The notes beneath the pieces were generated by a model. That model had not been told where the DNA came from. It saw only the letters and a program-made list of their open reading frames with translations, and did not search any database. The position numbers and the translations under genes were made by a program. A stretch of DNA of 64,000 nt, from positions 62,001-126,000 of the forward strand of contig JBLDXI010000014.1 in NCBI GenBank assembly GCA_047495785.1, in the 5' to 3' direction. The stretch comes from Lepidodermella squamata. Taxonomy: Eukaryota; Animalia; Gastrotricha. This document shows positions 61,866 through 64,000 of this stretch, one piece after another (within the stretch, counting starts at the first letter, position 1; every line of letters begins with the position of its first letter).

Positions 61866-64000
61866 TTCGAAATGTGTGGTTTCAGTCGATTCGTGGTGAT
61901 GAAAAATGATTTAAGTTATTGTTGGCGTGGTCAGTCGATTTCAGGCCACGCAGGTGAGCTGTTTGCTAGCGTGATGATTGAACAAGAAATGATGATGATA
62001 AGAGAAAGGCAGCAGGCGGCAGGCTTGCGCGATTGAGTAGTAGCTGTGAAAAATGCAAACAACAATCGTAAAAACGGTCGAAGAGGGTACACACGGATTG
62101 GGTAATCACTATTAAAATAAAGCCCAGCCCTGCTCATAGTTTCGATAACAATATTGCTATTATTATTAATATTATTACTACTAGTAATGTCGCCGACCGG
62201 GTGTTTGCTCTCTACAAAAGTGAAGCGGCGACTCCCGGTTCGGGCGACGGGTGCCCGTGCTTGGGAGCAGGTAAACAAACGCACCTAATGGCGGCGAGTC
62301 GATTGCGCAGGCGGACGTAATAGATATTGGAGCAGGCAGCGCGCAGAAATCACACACAAAGTGCTACTAGTAGGTTGTTTTTAGGGCGCTCAGCGTTTGG
62401 ACCAGTGTGCTCGAGCCAGGTGAGTTCGTTCGAACGAAGTAGGCGGCTACAGCGGCAACAACTACAACGACGGTGATCGCTGACGGGTCGGCACAGGCGG
62501 CGCAGTAAACAATAACCAGGCAAAGCTGCTATTTATAAAGCAAACCCACAACCTAAGTTTAAGAGCCTAGATCGAGAATAAAAAAAAAGCATGAATCATC
62601 AATTCGAAAAATAGTTCAGGTGGATTGGTACATGTTCGTACATACATAGAAGTAAACAATGGCTTTTGGTGTTTATACAGAAAACCCCAATTTTAAGAGC
62701 CTATAAATATCAGAGTGAAAGAGAGGGTACGACGAAGAGAGAGAAATAAGGCAAAAAATGCAAATTTATGTATCGTTGAGCTGCCTGCCACTCGACGGCG
62801 CGTGGCAAAAAACACGGCATTATGCTAATGCGGCTGGGTGATAATGCACGCACGAGTAGACAAAAGGTGGCGGCCGAAATCGAAGGTTTCATCTTCGTTA
62901 TCATGGCATTTCCAAGGTGGGAGGTAGAGAATGGGTTGTAGAAGAGATAAGAAGACTATAGAGTAAGGGTGCGACATATAGCGAGCGAGCGAGAGAGAGA
63001 GAGAATAACGACTGATGATAGGTATATGCCCCTATACTTATGCATCAGGTATTGCGGCATATACAAGTAGTAGAAAATGAAGAACAGACGGACATGGATG
63101 GGTAAATAGTTTGCTCTTTGGCGGCTAGAACCTGGTTTGCTGCAGCTTCTGCGCTTCGACTGCCATTATCTGCGATGAGCTTGGCGGAGATCTTTACGAC
63201 AAAATGGTAGTGTAACTGCTCATTCGTTTTCTTACAGCGGCGACGGTGATGGTATGGACCACCGATGAATGTCTTTCTACTATGCGGCGGCATGTGTACA
63301 CTCAGCGTTTTGGCTTGTACATGGGCGTGTGATGAATAAACGACGAGCAGCACGGCGACATTAATAATGATTGAAGACGGTGCTGTTGTAGCCACCAGCA
63401 TGACAGTCAGCACTGTGTAAATGCCAAGCGAGAGATGCGCGCTGGCTCCGCAGTGCTGCTGCTGCTGCTGCTGTGTGCCTACGCCGGTGGTGATGGTGGT
63501 GGTGGTGGTAGTGGCGCTGGTTGTGGTAGTGGTGGCGCTGATATTTGTACAGCCTGCCCGAGCATATATTATTATACATATTGCCGTAGTAATAATAAAT
63601 CGCGCGAGGCAGCGAATAATTTTTCGATTGTCAGTCGTCATCGCGTATACACATGCACAGCCGCGCGCCCGCATTCCTGCGCATCATCATCATCTTCGTT
63701 CAGGTAAAAAGTCGGCGATGGCGGCACAAGACGCCCTGCCGCCGCCGCCACACATAAACACGCCCAAAAAACATAACACAGGCGTTGCACAGATAAATAT
63801 TTTTTAACGACGGCGACAGGTGGTATATGTTGTAATGTAGGTTGGGCGGAGGTTGGGTGGTAGTGAAAAAAATTATCGCCATTAAGGTGGCTGGGCGCAC
63901 GAGAATTACGAGCCAGACGCGCTCGAGCTCACTCTCTTGTCGTCGCGCAGTTGTTCTGCTGCTAGAGGCCAGTCTGCCTGCAGCAGATAATGCGCTTAAT

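Noticed and set aside
63045-63807. Long ORFs with poly-T/H/C/V tracts upstream of mbl
   Set aside because: Produced by (GGT)n and (TGC)n microsatellites; no domain or splice support.

Overview
Genomic DNA from a compact-genome invertebrate animal, probably a protostome (inferred from a Jitterbug-type filamin and a 4-finger Muscleblind). Most introns are 48-60 nt. Manually spliced genes: E2F4/5 (+); a small orphan spliced gene with a C2HC-like motif (-); a tightly packed minus-strand run of Rab8/10-like, UVRAG and UPF3; DNAJC27/RBJ (+); a 17-kb three-CH filamin (jbug-type, -); an ABO-family (GT6) glycosyltransferase (+); two C2H2 zinc-finger genes (+); and muscleblind (-). Mobile DNA: two foldback/MITE elements with 8-bp TSDs, a hAT-type MITE, a 5'-truncated non-LTR element with a 14-bp TSD, two L2/Crack-like LINE copies and CR1-like fragments. 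The most notable signals are three. (1) Operon-like gene junctions (poly(A) signal, branch point and unpaired acceptor just before the next ATG) suggest polycistronic transcription resolved by SL trans-splicing. (2) An intron-bearing GT6 gene has bacterial-looking motifs and may be a horizontal acquisition placed at the head of such an operon. (3) A complete same-strand filamin-repeat transcription unit is nested in a filamin intron. Homology calls come from remembered family motifs, not database searches.
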